Below, piece after piece: positions 46,989 through 56,584 of a DNA stretch of 63,557 nucleotides. Both the position numbers and the translations under genes were made by a program. The DNA lies in IMG/VR virus record IMGVR_UViG_3300045988_164395. One strand, 5' to 3'. This DNA is from a virus. The notes beneath the pieces are model-generated. The model was not told the DNA's origin. It searched no databases and worked only from the letters and a program-made list of their open reading frames with translations. Positions within the stretch are counted from its first letter, which is position 1. Each line of letters starts with the position of its first letter.

Positions 46989-47613
46989 CCTTTATATCGA
47001 CAACATTGCTCTTGCTAACTTTCCCGGTCTTGTAACTCTGCATGTGCTGCATGTCTAGTGCCTCACGCAGCCAGTTGCTATCCACCTCATTGGCAGACAT
47101 GATGATAAATAGCTCATATTTCTCATCATACTTGGGAATTAATGGATAGACGGCGGTTTCATCCGTTATGGCTTCGAAACGCTCCTTGAATTCGTCCTTT
47201 TCAGGCTCCGGAGCAAACTCTATTCCCCAGTCCTGAAGCTCAGACTTATCCCAGTCGTTCATCATTACATCCATATCGTTCTCTCCGAATGATACGTTGT
47301 CCTTAGTCGCGTACTCACGCAACTTCTTCACAGGAGTATCAGGGCTCAGGACCTTACAAGGCAGCTCCTTGTATCCGAGTTCCTTGCAGGCCCTAAGTCG
47401 TAGATTTCCACACACTACTATGAATCTTTCTCCCAAAGGAAATACGATAAGTTCCCGAAGATTAAGCATCTCAGGACTATCCTCGATACTTTTCTTCATT
47501 GCATCATAACGGTAATCCCTGAAGAACCGAGGATTTTTCGGAAGACCATCAAGCTGACCTTTATTGAAATCCAGCAGACTAATCTGGATTGTCTTAAAAT
47601 CAAAATCTGTCAT
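46948..47613 (-). CDS. ParB-like nuclease domain protein
   Basis: LRELIVFPLGERFIVVCGNLRLRACKELG matches the ParB/Srx N-terminal domain pattern. Confidence 0.65.
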   Translation of the reverse strand: MTDFDFKTIQISLLDFNKGQLDGLPKNPRFFRDYRYDAMKKSIEDSPEMLNLRELIVFPLGERFIVVCGNLRLRACKELGYKELPCKVLSPDTPVKKLREYATKDNVSFGENDMDVMMNDWDKSELQDWGIEFAPEPEKDEFKERFEAITDETAVYPLIPKYDEKYELFIIMSANEVDSNWLREALDMQHMQSYKTGKVSKSNVVDIKDVRHAIENRNTKS

Positions 47614-47674
47614 ATACCAACTATTAATAAATCAACAACACATAATCAACATCACACGATAGCCGGTAACACAC

Positions 47675-47968
47675 TTAGTCTGTACGATAGGAATTAAACT
47701 CCACCTTATCCTTCAATAGCTGTTCGATGTCGTTGCACCCTATCTTTTCGAGGTATGTAAGCGTAGCTATTATAACATCTGCGGCTTCTTCCTCGCGCTC
47801 ACTCCAGGATGGGATATGATTGCTTCGCTCCTTACCTGCTTCAGCCAGTTCCCTCCATTCTGAGGATATGGACAGTACAACAGCTTTAGGAGAAGTCGTT
47901 TCTGTCATTTTTTTTCGCTTTAACGCTATATAAAAACATCTTTTTGCAAGTCTGTTAAGTGTAATCAT
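47675..47968 (-). CDS. MazG-like nucleotide pyrophosphohydrolase (putative)
   Basis: EEAADVIIATLTYLEKIGCNDIEQLLKDKVEFNSYR resembles the MazG C-terminal helix pattern. Confidence 0.45.
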   Translation of the reverse strand: MITLNRLAKRCFYIALKRKKMTETTSPKAVVLSISSEWRELAEAGKERSNHIPSWSEREEEAADVIIATLTYLEKIGCNDIEQLLKDKVEFNSYRTD

Positions 47969-48068
47969 AATTCTAAGTTATTGTTATCGAACTACATTGA
48001 TAATCACATAGGATTACTTTAAGGGGCATTTATTTTTTCCATAGCAATATTATGTAAAGAGAAAGCTG

Positions 48069-49733
48069 TCAGGCTTTCTCAAGTTCATCCAATTTGCCTT
48101 TCAAAGAAGTTTCCTTCTTCGAATATGAATCAAGGATTTTCTTGTTCATTTTCGAAAATTCATCCGGGTATTGCTCAGAGAATATCATGATCTGGCATCT
48201 CCTCATATAATCGTAGAAATTCACATCGTTACTTGTAAGATTCTCACGGATGAATTCACGATACCAGTGCATTCTCTCTGACTGGTTGTTCTTCACGTAT
48301 TCAATCCAGCCTTTATCGTTAACATCATGCTTTTTTATTCCGATACTTTCAAGATATTCACTACTACATCCTCTAAGAACCATAACATCGAACACTACCC
48401 TTTCATTCAAGCTAAGTTCCGAGGATTTTGCCGGGTACGACTTCTTGCTTTGCGCCCATTCCCTCATTGTCTTGGCGGCATTTTCGACAGCAATCTTCTT
48501 ATTCCGTTTCATCTGGGATTTGATTTTATCAATCTCGGCACTTCTAACATCTACAGCCGCACATGTACCCGTTGCTGTATGTTTTTTAACGTAATAGAAC
48601 TTGACTGAATAATATGGCTTACCATATCCGTTATTGAACGATATGCATCTGTATATCTTATTTTCCGAAAGCATTTTGGTTATTCTTTCGTCATTTTCCT
48701 TGTAGAAACATTCAGAATCGAATACATCATGAGGATCAACAACAGCAAAACCAGCATTCTTAACCCTCTTGAGAAATTCATTGCTCTTTTTCTTCAACTC
48801 GTCATTCCAATATGGCTCTGGAGCAGAATATATGACAACTGACTTGCCATAATCCAATGTTTCACCGTCTTTAACCAGAATGTCAGCTTGCTGCATTATC
48901 TTGTAGAATATATAATCGCTCTCTTTCTTCCTTAGACATTCAGGGTTCGTACATTTCTGCTCCTTGCCCTTCATCTCATAAAACAGACAGCTGTAATTAG
49001 CTGTGTTATTCACACAATCAGCACATTTTGGATATGAAGAACTGAAACCGTCTTCATTAAAGAACTGACATGAGGTTATTATACCGAATTTATTGTCAAC
49101 AAATCTCTTAATTTCATTGACAGAAGAACCTTTATGGTAATTTTTATAATACCCTTTCTGGTCCTTCTCGCTCAACTTGGAAAGAATCATTGCTCCGGAC
49201 AGAGGAAGATCATCACTCTTAATGAGTTCCTTCAATTCAGGTATAAGAGCGTTCAACTTGATTCTGTCAAGGACGAATCGATTAGACTTCCCGAATTTCG
49301 CTGCGATATCATCAACACTCTTTCCGTTTTCGGCAAGCAGGGAAAATGCAAGAGCTTCCTCTACAGGATCTACATCCTGACGTTGCAGGTTCTCAGTAAT
49401 CATGGCTTCGAATGCTTCATCATCACTCATGTCACGGATAATACATGGTATCTCATTATATCCATTAAGCCTTGAACCTATCTTTTTATACGCCCTGAAA
49501 CGTCTCTCACCGCATACAATTTCATACTGAGGCTCTATGATGACAACTTCTGCGGTATCCTCATCAATCTCTTCATAGCCTTTACTTTTCAATCTTACAG
49601 TAATCGGCTGTAAAAGCCCCTGTTTTTCTATGTTTTTTGCCAGTTCCTCTATTGCTGACTCATCGAATGTTTTACGAGGATTTCTCGGTGATGGACATAT
49701 CTGCGTCACCGGAATATTCATTACTTCGATCAT
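48069..49733 (-). CDS. ParB/Srx-family N-terminal domain protein (large)
   Basis: ICPSPRNPRKTFDESAIEELAKNIEKQGLLQPITVR...IVCGERRFRA. Confidence 0.8.
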   Translation of the reverse strand: MIEVMNIPVTQICPSPRNPRKTFDESAIEELAKNIEKQGLLQPITVRLKSKGYEEIDEDTAEVVIIEPQYEIVCGERRFRAYKKIGSRLNGYNEIPCIIRDMSDDEAFEAMITENLQRQDVDPVEEALAFSLLAENGKSVDDIAAKFGKSNRFVLDRIKLNALIPELKELIKSDDLPLSGAMILSKLSEKDQKGYYKNYHKGSSVNEIKRFVDNKFGIITSCQFFNEDGFSSSYPKCADCVNNTANYSCLFYEMKGKEQKCTNPECLRKKESDYIFYKIMQQADILVKDGETLDYGKSVVIYSAPEPYWNDELKKKSNEFLKRVKNAGFAVVDPHDVFDSECFYKENDERITKMLSENKIYRCISFNNGYGKPYYSVKFYYVKKHTATGTCAAVDVRSAEIDKIKSQMKRNKKIAVENAAKTMREWAQSKKSYPAKSSELSLNERVVFDVMVLRGCSSEYLESIGIKKHDVNDKGWIEYVKNNQSERMHWYREFIRENLTSNDVNFYDYMRRCQIMIFSEQYPDEFSKMNKKILDSYSKKETSLKGKLDELEKA

Positions 49734-49811
49734 AAATGTTTGACTTTTATTATTTTACATCAGTAAAATTAAATTAATAATTCAAGTTAAGCAAACAGAA
49801 ACTTCACCATT
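49734..49811 (-). promoter_or_regulatory. Repeated promoter cassette P4
   Basis: It has the same architecture as P3: GGTGAAGTTTCTGTTTGC...TAATTTTACTGATGTAAAATAATAAAAGTCA. Confidence 0.6.
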
Positions 49812-50030
49812 TTACAGCCTTTTAATGATTGAGAAAAAATGCCTTTTTGCTGTTTCTTCGAATACTTCTAAGTCTATATATTTGACTCGGACGAGGCAAT
49901 GACCATTAACAGTAAGATGCACGTGCTTCCATCCGAATTTTTCGCAGATGTATTCCTTCCTTAGCATACCTTTCTTGTTGAATTTTATCTCAAACTCTTT
50001 TGCCAGCAAGTTTTTGTTCATATTCCTCAA
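49812..50030 (-). CDS. Hypothetical small protein
   Basis: 72-aa ORF. Confidence 0.4.
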   Translation of the reverse strand: MRNMNKNLLAKEFEIKFNKKGMLRKEYICEKFGWKHVHLTVNGHCLVRVKYIDLEVFEETAKRHFFSIIKRL

Positions 50031-50652
50031 GCTGTTTCTTTTGTTTTTCCAGACTTTTCTTCTTCATGAAGTGTAATACTTCATTTGACCTGCGAAGTGC
50101 TTCCTGAGCGTCTGTATTGCCTTGTGAAGCCAATTCTTTCAGTTGATTACGGTAATCATCGTAGAATAAACCTGTATTTTCTTCTCCGATATGTTCTTTA
50201 TACTCATTGTAGGATGCAATATCAGCTTTGGCACATCGTTCCTGATTGTACTGCTTCAGCCAGTTCATAATTACGGAGCCGTCCAGCCTGTTGTATATCT
50301 CTCCATAGCGACCTTTCATCGCGTTTCGGAAACACAGCTTCAAATCGTCAATCTTGAAGTACGGATATTCCTCAATGATAAGGTCTGTAGTCGTAGCAAC
50401 CTGTGAGTCGTTCATCGTATTAGAAGAATTGAAGAAATCTACAATCTCTGAAATCATAATGACCACAACTGCACGTGTTTGGTTTTCTCCAAGTTCTTTG
50501 GCGATCATACCTAACGCCGGTTCAGATGAGGCAAAGACATCATCAACACTCTTAGGTCTCAGTGCCTGCAAGTATTGCTTCGGCGAGGTCTGTAAGACGG
50601 CTAACTGATTCTTTTCTGCCGCTTGCAGTATTGCTATTTCGTTTTTCGTCAT
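49990..50652 (-). CDS. Hypothetical replication-module protein (start moved to MTKNEIAIL)
   Basis: It follows the DUF4373 gene. The longer ORF would overlap that gene by 176 nt. Confidence 0.45.
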   Translation of the reverse strand: MTKNEIAILQAAEKNQLAVLQTSPKQYLQALRPKSVDDVFASSEPALGMIAKELGENQTRAVVVIMISEIVDFFNSSNTMNDSQVATTTDLIIEEYPYFKIDDLKLCFRNAMKGRYGEIYNRLDGSVIMNWLKQYNQERCAKADIASYNEYKEHIGEENTGLFYDDYRNQLKELASQGNTDAQEALRRSNEVLHFMKKKSLEKQKKQLEEYEQKLAGKRV

Positions 50653-51466
50653 AATTACCCTCCAGAATTTTTGTAAAGTTTGCAGCCTTGAATATCCAGT
50701 CGAAATCACACTTCCAGTTTCTGTCATTACCCCCTAACAGGAAAGAGCTTGCAGCTACTTTCTTCAATACGGTGAATACAGTTTCCTTGTCGTACTGGGC
50801 TATTCTTGCCTTGACAGCCTTGCGCCTTGCTTCGGTCATGTTCACGACCATTGACAATTTACCGTTGAAAGTAGTATTGAAGTATTCCTGCAATCTGACA
50901 AAATCAACATGCTCTATTTGCGGATGAGGATTCAAAGAAAGCTCGTCTTTCTTTGTATCTCCTGAAGGAGATATTTCTTTATTATTTTTTTTACTTTTCT
51001 TTTCTTTCCTTTCCTTTACTTTACTTTGTGTACTTTTTGAGGAAGAAATCATCATTTCTTCGGAAGAAAAAGCTATATCTTCGGAAGAAATGATGTTATA
51101 TTCGTGAATTTCATTATTTCTTCTACATAAATCGCATATCTTCTGGTACCTTTCTTGTATTCCTTTTGACGTCAATATTTTTTCAGAATCATACAATTCC
51201 TTAGAAAATAACCCGATTACCAAGCAGCATTTAATGACCTCACGTATATACGCCTCTTCAAAGCCCGTTTGTTCCGATACAAAGAAAGGCAACTCTTCAT
51301 CCCACCTCATGTAATACCCTTGTTTGTAGATATTACATAGCAGGAGAGCATATACTGTAACAGCCTTACCACCCTGGTATTTGATTAGTTTTCTAATTCT
51401 CAAATCTTGAAAAAAATCAATATCAAAAGGGAAATAATCAAGACCAATCTTCTTATTTCTTCCCAT
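50552..51466 (-). CDS. DUF4373 (Lin1244/Lin1753-like) replication initiator/replisome organiser
   Basis: The N-terminal KKIGLDYFPFDIDFFQDLRIRKLIKYQGGKAVTVYALLLCNIY is the DUF4373 signature. Confidence 0.7.
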   Translation of the reverse strand: MGRNKKIGLDYFPFDIDFFQDLRIRKLIKYQGGKAVTVYALLLCNIYKQGYYMRWDEELPFFVSEQTGFEEAYIREVIKCCLVIGLFSKELYDSEKILTSKGIQERYQKICDLCRRNNEIHEYNIISSEDIAFSSEEMMISSSKSTQSKVKERKEKKSKKNNKEISPSGDTKKDELSLNPHPQIEHVDFVRLQEYFNTTFNGKLSMVVNMTEARRKAVKARIAQYDKETVFTVLKKVAASSFLLGGNDRNWKCDFDWIFKAANFTKILEGNYDEKRNSNTASGRKESVSRLTDLAEAILAGTET

Positions 51467-51503
51467 ATTAATGTTTTTGATACGTTACAAAGCTAAGTTA
51501 CAT

Positions 51504-51857
51504 TCAGAACTCAATCGGAGTTACCTCATATTCGATACGTGGTTCCTTCTTGTCGATGAACTTCTGAATGTCTATTTGAACACAATATCTGTCATTATCA
51601 ATCGTCTTGGTCTGCTGCAGGCAATCAAGAAGAATCTTAAGAGAATTGTCCAGATCCGGTCGGTTACTTGAATAATATATCTTTGCTTTAAGCTTGAAAT
51701 ATCCCTTGACCATCCTACCACGTTCCGGACACTGGATATAGAAATTCTTTTCATATTCAGTAAGAACCTTCTGTTTGGCCAGCTTTGCATGACCGCCGAC
51801 ATTAACTATCTTATAACAGTTACTCTTACTTGGTATCTGTCCTCTTATCACATACAT
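51504..51857 (-). CDS. rusA: RusA-like Holliday junction resolvase
   Basis: PSKSN...RPDLDNSLKILLDCL...IDNDRYC matches the RusA acidic motifs. Confidence 0.65.
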   Translation of the reverse strand: MYVIRGQIPSKSNCYKIVNVGGHAKLAKQKVLTEYEKNFYIQCPERGRMVKGYFKLKAKIYYSSNRPDLDNSLKILLDCLQQTKTIDNDRYCVQIDIQKFIDKKEPRIEYEVTPIEF

Positions 51858-51860
51858 AAG

Positions 51861-53018
51861 CTATAGTATTACATTGGTTAATTGTTTTCCGTTTGTCTTA
51901 ATCATCCACTCACCTTTCTTTGGCTGCTCGACTCTAAGTTCTTCAACTTTGCCGAATGTCTTTAAGTTACCGCACAGGTCAATAACCCATCCCTCTTTCC
52001 CTGGATATGGTCTGATTACACGTCCTATCATCTGATAATAGAGCGACAAGGACATTGTAGGACGGCAAAGAACAATCGTGTCAAGTTCAGGATAATCAAA
52101 TCCGGTAGTAAGTACCCCACAATTGGCAACAACTTTTATCTTACCTGCCTTGAAGTCGGATAATATTTTCTCACGTTCTTTTTTAGGAGTTGTTCCACTT
52201 ACGACTGCACTATCAGGGATTTCATGCGTCAGCATTTCAGCTTCCTTCACAAACCTTGTGAATACAAGTATTCCACGCCTTGGTATTCCGCTTTTCGGTC
52301 TCAGAAGCCTTCTTACCATACTGATTAGATAACCATAAAGATCAACCCTTTCAAACTCTTCGGAAAGACTCTTATCGTCAAAGTCAGCACCGGTAGAATT
52401 TCTACTGACATTCACAAGCTCTATCTTTGTCAAGTCGTAATATTTCAACTTGGTAAGAAATCCCCTGGCAAGCAAATCACTGACCTGACAATAGTAGATT
52501 ACGTCACTGAAAACCCTCGGACGTGTACGTGTAAGAAACTTCAGCATGGCTCCATTCATCGTATTGCACAATCTGTACGGAGTAGCCGTAAGACCTATAA
52601 CACGCCTTTCCGCATCAGCGAAGAAGTCAGCATACATACCCTCCTTGGCATTTACCAAGTGACATTCATCAATAAGAATATACCTGAACTGCCTGAAATC
52701 AGACATATGATTGTATACACTACCAATCGTTGCGAATGTTATCCTGTTTATGTCTTTTCTTCCAACAGAAGCAGAATAGCACCCAGCATCAATGATTCCG
52801 TATGTCTGCAACTTTGCGAAGTTCTGTTCCAGAATTTCCTTATTAGGCTGAAAAACCAGTAAAGGTTCATTGAGCCTTGCTGCGATGTCAGCAATGATGA
52901 GGCTTTTCCCTGCACCAGTAGGCAATATCATAAGATAATTCTTACCTCCTTTCAGCCGATAATGAGCTATTGCGGCGTTACTGGCATTCTGCTGATAATC
53001 TCTTAATTGAAATTTCAT
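51861..53018 (-). CDS. SF2 DEAD/DEAH-box helicase
   Basis: LRDYQ, Walker A PTGAGKS and motif II LIDECH. Confidence 0.85.
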   Translation of the reverse strand: MKFQLRDYQQNASNAAIAHYRLKGGKNYLMILPTGAGKSLIIADIAARLNEPLLVFQPNKEILEQNFAKLQTYGIIDAGCYSASVGRKDINRITFATIGSVYNHMSDFRQFRYILIDECHLVNAKEGMYADFFADAERRVIGLTATPYRLCNTMNGAMLKFLTRTRPRVFSDVIYYCQVSDLLARGFLTKLKYYDLTKIELVNVSRNSTGADFDDKSLSEEFERVDLYGYLISMVRRLLRPKSGIPRRGILVFTRFVKEAEMLTHEIPDSAVVSGTTPKKEREKILSDFKAGKIKVVANCGVLTTGFDYPELDTIVLCRPTMSLSLYYQMIGRVIRPYPGKEGWVIDLCGNLKTFGKVEELRVEQPKKGEWMIKTNGKQLTNVIL

Positions 53019-53287
53019 ATACTGATTATTCCTTTATGAACTTTTTCGTGACAGGAAGCGCACAATGTAACAAGGCAATCAAGATGCTCAAGTTCCTTTC
53101 CAACAATTGAAACACCATTGACATTATATCGTTTGTGATGCACTTCCAAAGGATAGCGCGAGCCGCATATCCTGCATTTATGATTATCTCTTAACCTAAC
53201 ATTCCTTGCAACCTTTTCCCAATATGGACTGTTAAGAGAATGCACATAATTGGACTTGCGGCCACGCTTATGCTGTAATCTACTCAT
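53015..53287 (-). CDS. HNH endonuclease
   Basis: CRICGS...LEVHHKRY...LCASCHEKVH. Confidence 0.8.
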   Translation of the reverse strand: MSRLQHKRGRKSNYVHSLNSPYWEKVARNVRLRDNHKCRICGSRYPLEVHHKRYNVNGVSIVGKELEHLDCLVTLCASCHEKVHKGIISI

Positions 53288-53423
53288 CTCCTACAGCTTC
53301 GTTGAATTCTTCTTCTCCCATGACATCACTTTCATCATCAGGAATCAAGTCGTGTTCCTTATCAAACTCTTCATCTGAAGGTTTTTCAGGAGCAGGAAAA
53401 TCCAAGCCAAACAGTTCCATCAT
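53280..53423 (-). CDS. Small acidic protein (start moved to MMELFGL)
   Basis: The track start is a TTG. ATG ATG lies at 53423/53420. Confidence 0.4.
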   Translation of the reverse strand: MMELFGLDFPAPEKPSDEEFDKEHDLIPDDESDVMGEEEFNEAVGDE

Positions 53424-53446
53424 TGCAACTCTGTTTTTATCCTCTT

Positions 53447-53635
53447 GTGCCCATAATGATGAAAGGTGAGAGAACGGAACTTGCAAGAGGTACTAAGGGG
53501 TTGAGTACAATGGAAATGTCACATTTCCTGGATGCTGTAAAGGCTGATATAATGACAGAATACGGAATACAGCTACCATTACCGACAGACCAATATTATT
53601 CGGCATTTGCAGCCGAGTACGAAAACAAATATTAA
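53447..53635 (+). pseudogene. ninB: NinB/Orf-family C-terminal fragment, inverted relative to its N-terminal half
   Basis: VPIMMKGERTELARGTKGLSTMEMSHFLDAVKADIMTEYGIQLPLP parallels the C-terminal half of lambda NinB (VVPNLAG...IGQSTSRM.V.EF.ELLE.I.AFG.E.GV.W). Confidence 0.6.
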
Positions 53636-53636
53636 T

Positions 53637-54146
53637 ATGGCAATAATTAAAGATTACGAACCGGCAGAATTGAAATTCGTTCTTCCGGAAGCAGTTCGGG
53701 AACAATTTCCTCTGAAGCTGCAATTTGAGAAAGCGGAAAGTGAAAAAGACATTCTGAAGGCTGTTAATGAGCACTTCAATGCGTTGTTTCCTGAAAATGA
53801 GAGAACGCTTCGTTACATGGATGACGTGGAGAAATCGGACCTTCGTGGGAAATACTGCAAGTTGGTAGAGCAGGAGCTTCCTGAAGCTGAGAATGCTTTG
53901 TTGAACGCTAAGGAGGAAGCCAAACGTATCAAGACGGATGCAGAGGAAAGACTAAGTTCACTGAGTAAGCAGATTAAGGACTATGCCGCCAAAGTTCAGG
54001 AAGGTACAGAGGAAAAGCAGCTGCCTGCTACCAAGACATTCCGTATAGCCTTGAATGGATATTTCCTGTATTATTCCATTCTCAACGGTGAGGTTGTACT
54101 TGCAAAAGCTGATAAAATTCCTTCCTATGACAAATCGGCGTTATGA
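53637..54146 (+). CDS. Hypothetical coiled-coil protein inside the inverted segment
   Basis: 169 aa. Its ATG lies 1 nt after the NinB-fragment stop, which suggests a translationally coupled pair. Confidence 0.55.
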   Translation: MAIIKDYEPAELKFVLPEAVREQFPLKLQFEKAESEKDILKAVNEHFNALFPENERTLRYMDDVEKSDLRGKYCKLVEQELPEAENALLNAKEEAKRIKTDAEERLSSLSKQIKDYAAKVQEGTEEKQLPATKTFRIALNGYFLYYSILNGEVVLAKADKIPSYDKSAL

Positions 54147-54417
54147 CCATTTTTGTCAGGAACTTCTTGCAGTACAGGTCATGTATTGTTTCCACTCCTT
54201 CCTTTGTACTCCAATATGCTTCACCGGTGAACTCACGCAAGGCACATCCCACACACCTGAACCACATCCACATCAGTGCGTTCTGATCGAGTGTTCTGGG
54301 CTTGGTCTTTCTCTTGATGGTTAGAGTGTATTCACCATTACGGAGAAGGCTCAACATGAAGTTGAAATCCTTGTCCATGGTAGCCTTCCCGTCTTTCTTT
54401 ATAATTGTAGCCTCCAT
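54082..54417 (-). pseudogene. ninB: NinB/Orf-family N-terminal fragment (homology ends near 54157, then an out-of-frame tail)
   Basis: KPRTLDQNALMWMWF...HDLYCKKFL parallels lambda NinB R.SLDQN..LW. After KKFL the frame runs antisense through the neighbouring ORF. Confidence 0.6.
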
Positions 54418-54419
54418 GA

Positions 54420-54872
54420 TTATCTATATGGTGGTGTGAAAGGTAAATCATCAGCACCTGAAGTTGGAGGGAACTGCTGCGGCTGGTTGTACTGCTGATA
54501 CTGCTGATAAGTTTGTGGTGCAGGCTGTTGAGGCTGTTGCTGTTTTACCACGAGCATTTCCATATTATCAGCAAAAATCTCAGTCAGATATCGCTTTACC
54601 TTGTTATTGTCCTCGTAACTACGTGTTCTGATTTTTCCCTCAACGTAAATCTTGTCACCCTTATGCAGATATTTTTCAGCAACTTCCGCAAGACCTTTCC
54701 ACATGACTATGTTATGCCATTCAGTCCTGTCTGGAACCTGAGTACCATTCTGCAATGTATACCCCTTTTCCGTCGTTGCCAGTGTGAACTGGCAGATCTT
54801 GGAGCCGCCATCGAGTGTTCTCACCTCCGGATCTTTTCCGAGATTTCCGATTAGTTGTACTTTGTTAAGCAT
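54420..54872 (-). CDS. ssb: Single-stranded DNA-binding protein
   Basis: It has an OB-fold N-terminus (MLNKVQLIGNLGKDPEVR...TEWHNIVMWKGLAE), a Q/P-rich linker and an acidic tail DDLPF. Confidence 0.9.
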   Translation of the reverse strand: MLNKVQLIGNLGKDPEVRTLDGGSKICQFTLATTEKGYTLQNGTQVPDRTEWHNIVMWKGLAEVAEKYLHKGDKIYVEGKIRTRSYEDNNKVKRYLTEIFADNMEMLVVKQQQPQQPAPQTYQQYQQYNQPQQFPPTSGADDLPFTPPYR

Positions 54873-55787
54873 TTATTCCTCCTTTCTTAATGTAATTCTT
54901 ATAGATGCTGCTGTTTCAGTTTCCTTGATGTATTGTTTATACAATTCAGGATGATCCGATTGAAACCTCTTAGTGTCGAACGACTTCTTTATTCCGGCTG
55001 GTGTTATGGTAGCCTTCAATATCCCTGTGTCCCACGACTTGACATCGTGTTCAACCATTGCACGTTTCAACGAATCTTTGAAACGTGCAATGAACGGCTG
55101 TATTCTCTCAACTTCCGCTACAGCTTCAAGATATTTGTTAATTACATCCTTTGGCAATAGCTGTACTTCATCTTTCTTGTGTTCAATTGCGGTTTCGGTT
55201 TCAAGGTAACTTATACCCTCAACCTCACACTGCATGAGCTTCTTCACCTCATCGTCAGATTTTCTTTTCAGAGGGATAAGCTCATACTTCTCGTTGTACA
55301 GCCATACTCCATAGAGGCAATCAACTTTAAGGCCGGGATTCTGTAATTCGAAAAGATAAGCATAGATAGACAACTGCCACTCGAGATAATCTATATCTGC
55401 CTTATATGTCGTTTTGATGTCAGCAAGAGCTATCTTACCATCCTTTTCCCAAACGCAGTCAATATTGGATGCAAAATGCTCTTCATCAGATACGGTATAT
55501 TCATTTTCCAGCGCTGTATAACCAGCACCAATCCGTATCATAAGGTAATTTATTGCCTCCTGACATTCAGGCTCGAATCCTGTTACGTCAGCAAACTGGC
55601 ATTCATGATGAACCTTTGTACCTCTCTCTGCTGCACGTTCAAGTATATACTGAGGTACTTCCTTATACTTATCCGGAAATAATTGTCTTTTAATCATTCC
55701 AGTTATTCCCGACAGTTGCTTTTCTCCCAGAAAATAAGTGTGGCTCTCTTCATTGAAAACCACACTTGACTTAACCAATTCTATCAT
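54873..55787 (-). CDS. PD-(D/E)XK exonuclease (YqaJ/Cas4-like recombination exonuclease)
   Basis: NIDCVW...IALADIKTTYK (D...D-x-K). It lies between the annealase and SSB. Confidence 0.65.
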   Translation of the reverse strand: MIELVKSSVVFNEESHTYFLGEKQLSGITGMIKRQLFPDKYKEVPQYILERAAERGTKVHHECQFADVTGFEPECQEAINYLMIRIGAGYTALENEYTVSDEEHFASNIDCVWEKDGKIALADIKTTYKADIDYLEWQLSIYAYLFELQNPGLKVDCLYGVWLYNEKYELIPLKRKSDDEVKKLMQCEVEGISYLETETAIEHKKDEVQLLPKDVINKYLEAVAEVERIQPFIARFKDSLKRAMVEHDVKSWDTGILKATITPAGIKKSFDTKRFQSDHPELYKQYIKETETAASIRITLRKEE

Positions 55788-56584
55788 TTTGGAAACTTTT
55801 TACAAATCATTTGAATCTCATTCTTAAACTCAAGGTTATTCTGCATGGCAGCATGTTTTTTCCATACAGCATTGACTTCATCTCGACTTCTACATGCGCG
55901 GACTTCATTAATAGCTTCCTGAAGCTGTTTCCCAGAAAAGACACTTGAATTTTGCTGAGGCTGTTCCGACTTTGACTTTTGCTGCTCCTTAGGGAACTGG
56001 TATCTTATCACACCGTTGTTGTCTACAATGATACACTTGCTCACCTCTCTGTTCTCATCATATTCAATCTCACTTACAGAGAACTTGGTGTATGTAGAAC
56101 ACTTTCCTGATTGACTTTTGAATATCTCATTGGATTCAAGTTTAACCCAGATGAAAGGAGCAGAATAAAGTTCGCGACCAATCCCCCAGTTGAATCCGGC
56201 ACGCTTGAAAGCATCCGAAGCCTGCCCCTTTTCCTTTTCGGTATTGGATTCTGTTCCGACATCCTGTTTGCTCACCCATTCCTTTTTCCGCTCATCGTAG
56301 ATGGATATGGTGCAGAACAGATTCCCGTTCACAACCTCGTGATCTCTCTTCCAGTTCATTGGACCGAAAACTTCATCAAGCAGCCTCATGTCTACTCGGG
56401 CATCCTTGTACAGTAATAATGTACATCCTTTCTCGTTGATAGTACCGATGCGGCATTCAATCTCGTTTGCCTTCAGGGTTCTAATGTTAACGACTCGTTC
56501 GAAAAGTGTCTGCTGCACTTCCTCTTTTTTAGCTTCCTGATTTTCTTCTACAGGAGCTTCTGTCTTAGCTTTTCTTTCAGCCAT
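55784..56584 (-). CDS. Rad52/Sak-like single-strand annealing protein
   Basis: ASDAFKRAGFNWGIGRELY and the preceding beta-rich core are typical of the Rad52/22 family. Confidence 0.7.
   Translation of the reverse strand: MAERKAKTEAPVEENQEAKKEEVQQTLFERVVNIRTLKANEIECRIGTINEKGCTLLLYKDARVDMRLLDEVFGPMNWKRDHEVVNGNLFCTISIYDERKKEWVSKQDVGTESNTEKEKGQASDAFKRAGFNWGIGRELYSAPFIWVKLESNEIFKSQSGKCSTYTKFSVSEIEYDENREVSKCIIVDNNGVIRYQFPKEQQKSKSEQPQQNSSVFSGKQLQEAINEVRACRSRDEVNAVWKKHAAMQNNLEFKNEIQMICKKFPK

Noticed and set aside
53477-54180. TGCAAG-containing motifs as crossover sites for the NinB inversion: GGAACTTGCAAGAGGTAC at about 53477, GGAACTTCTTGCAGTAC at about 54159 and GTACTTGCAAAAG at about 54096.
   Set aside because: Recombining at the shared TGCAAGA would join the two NinB halves out of frame, giving an immediate stop. 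The motifs also lie inside coding sequence away from the inferred breakpoints (about 53446/53447 and about 54156/54157). The similarity is probably chance.
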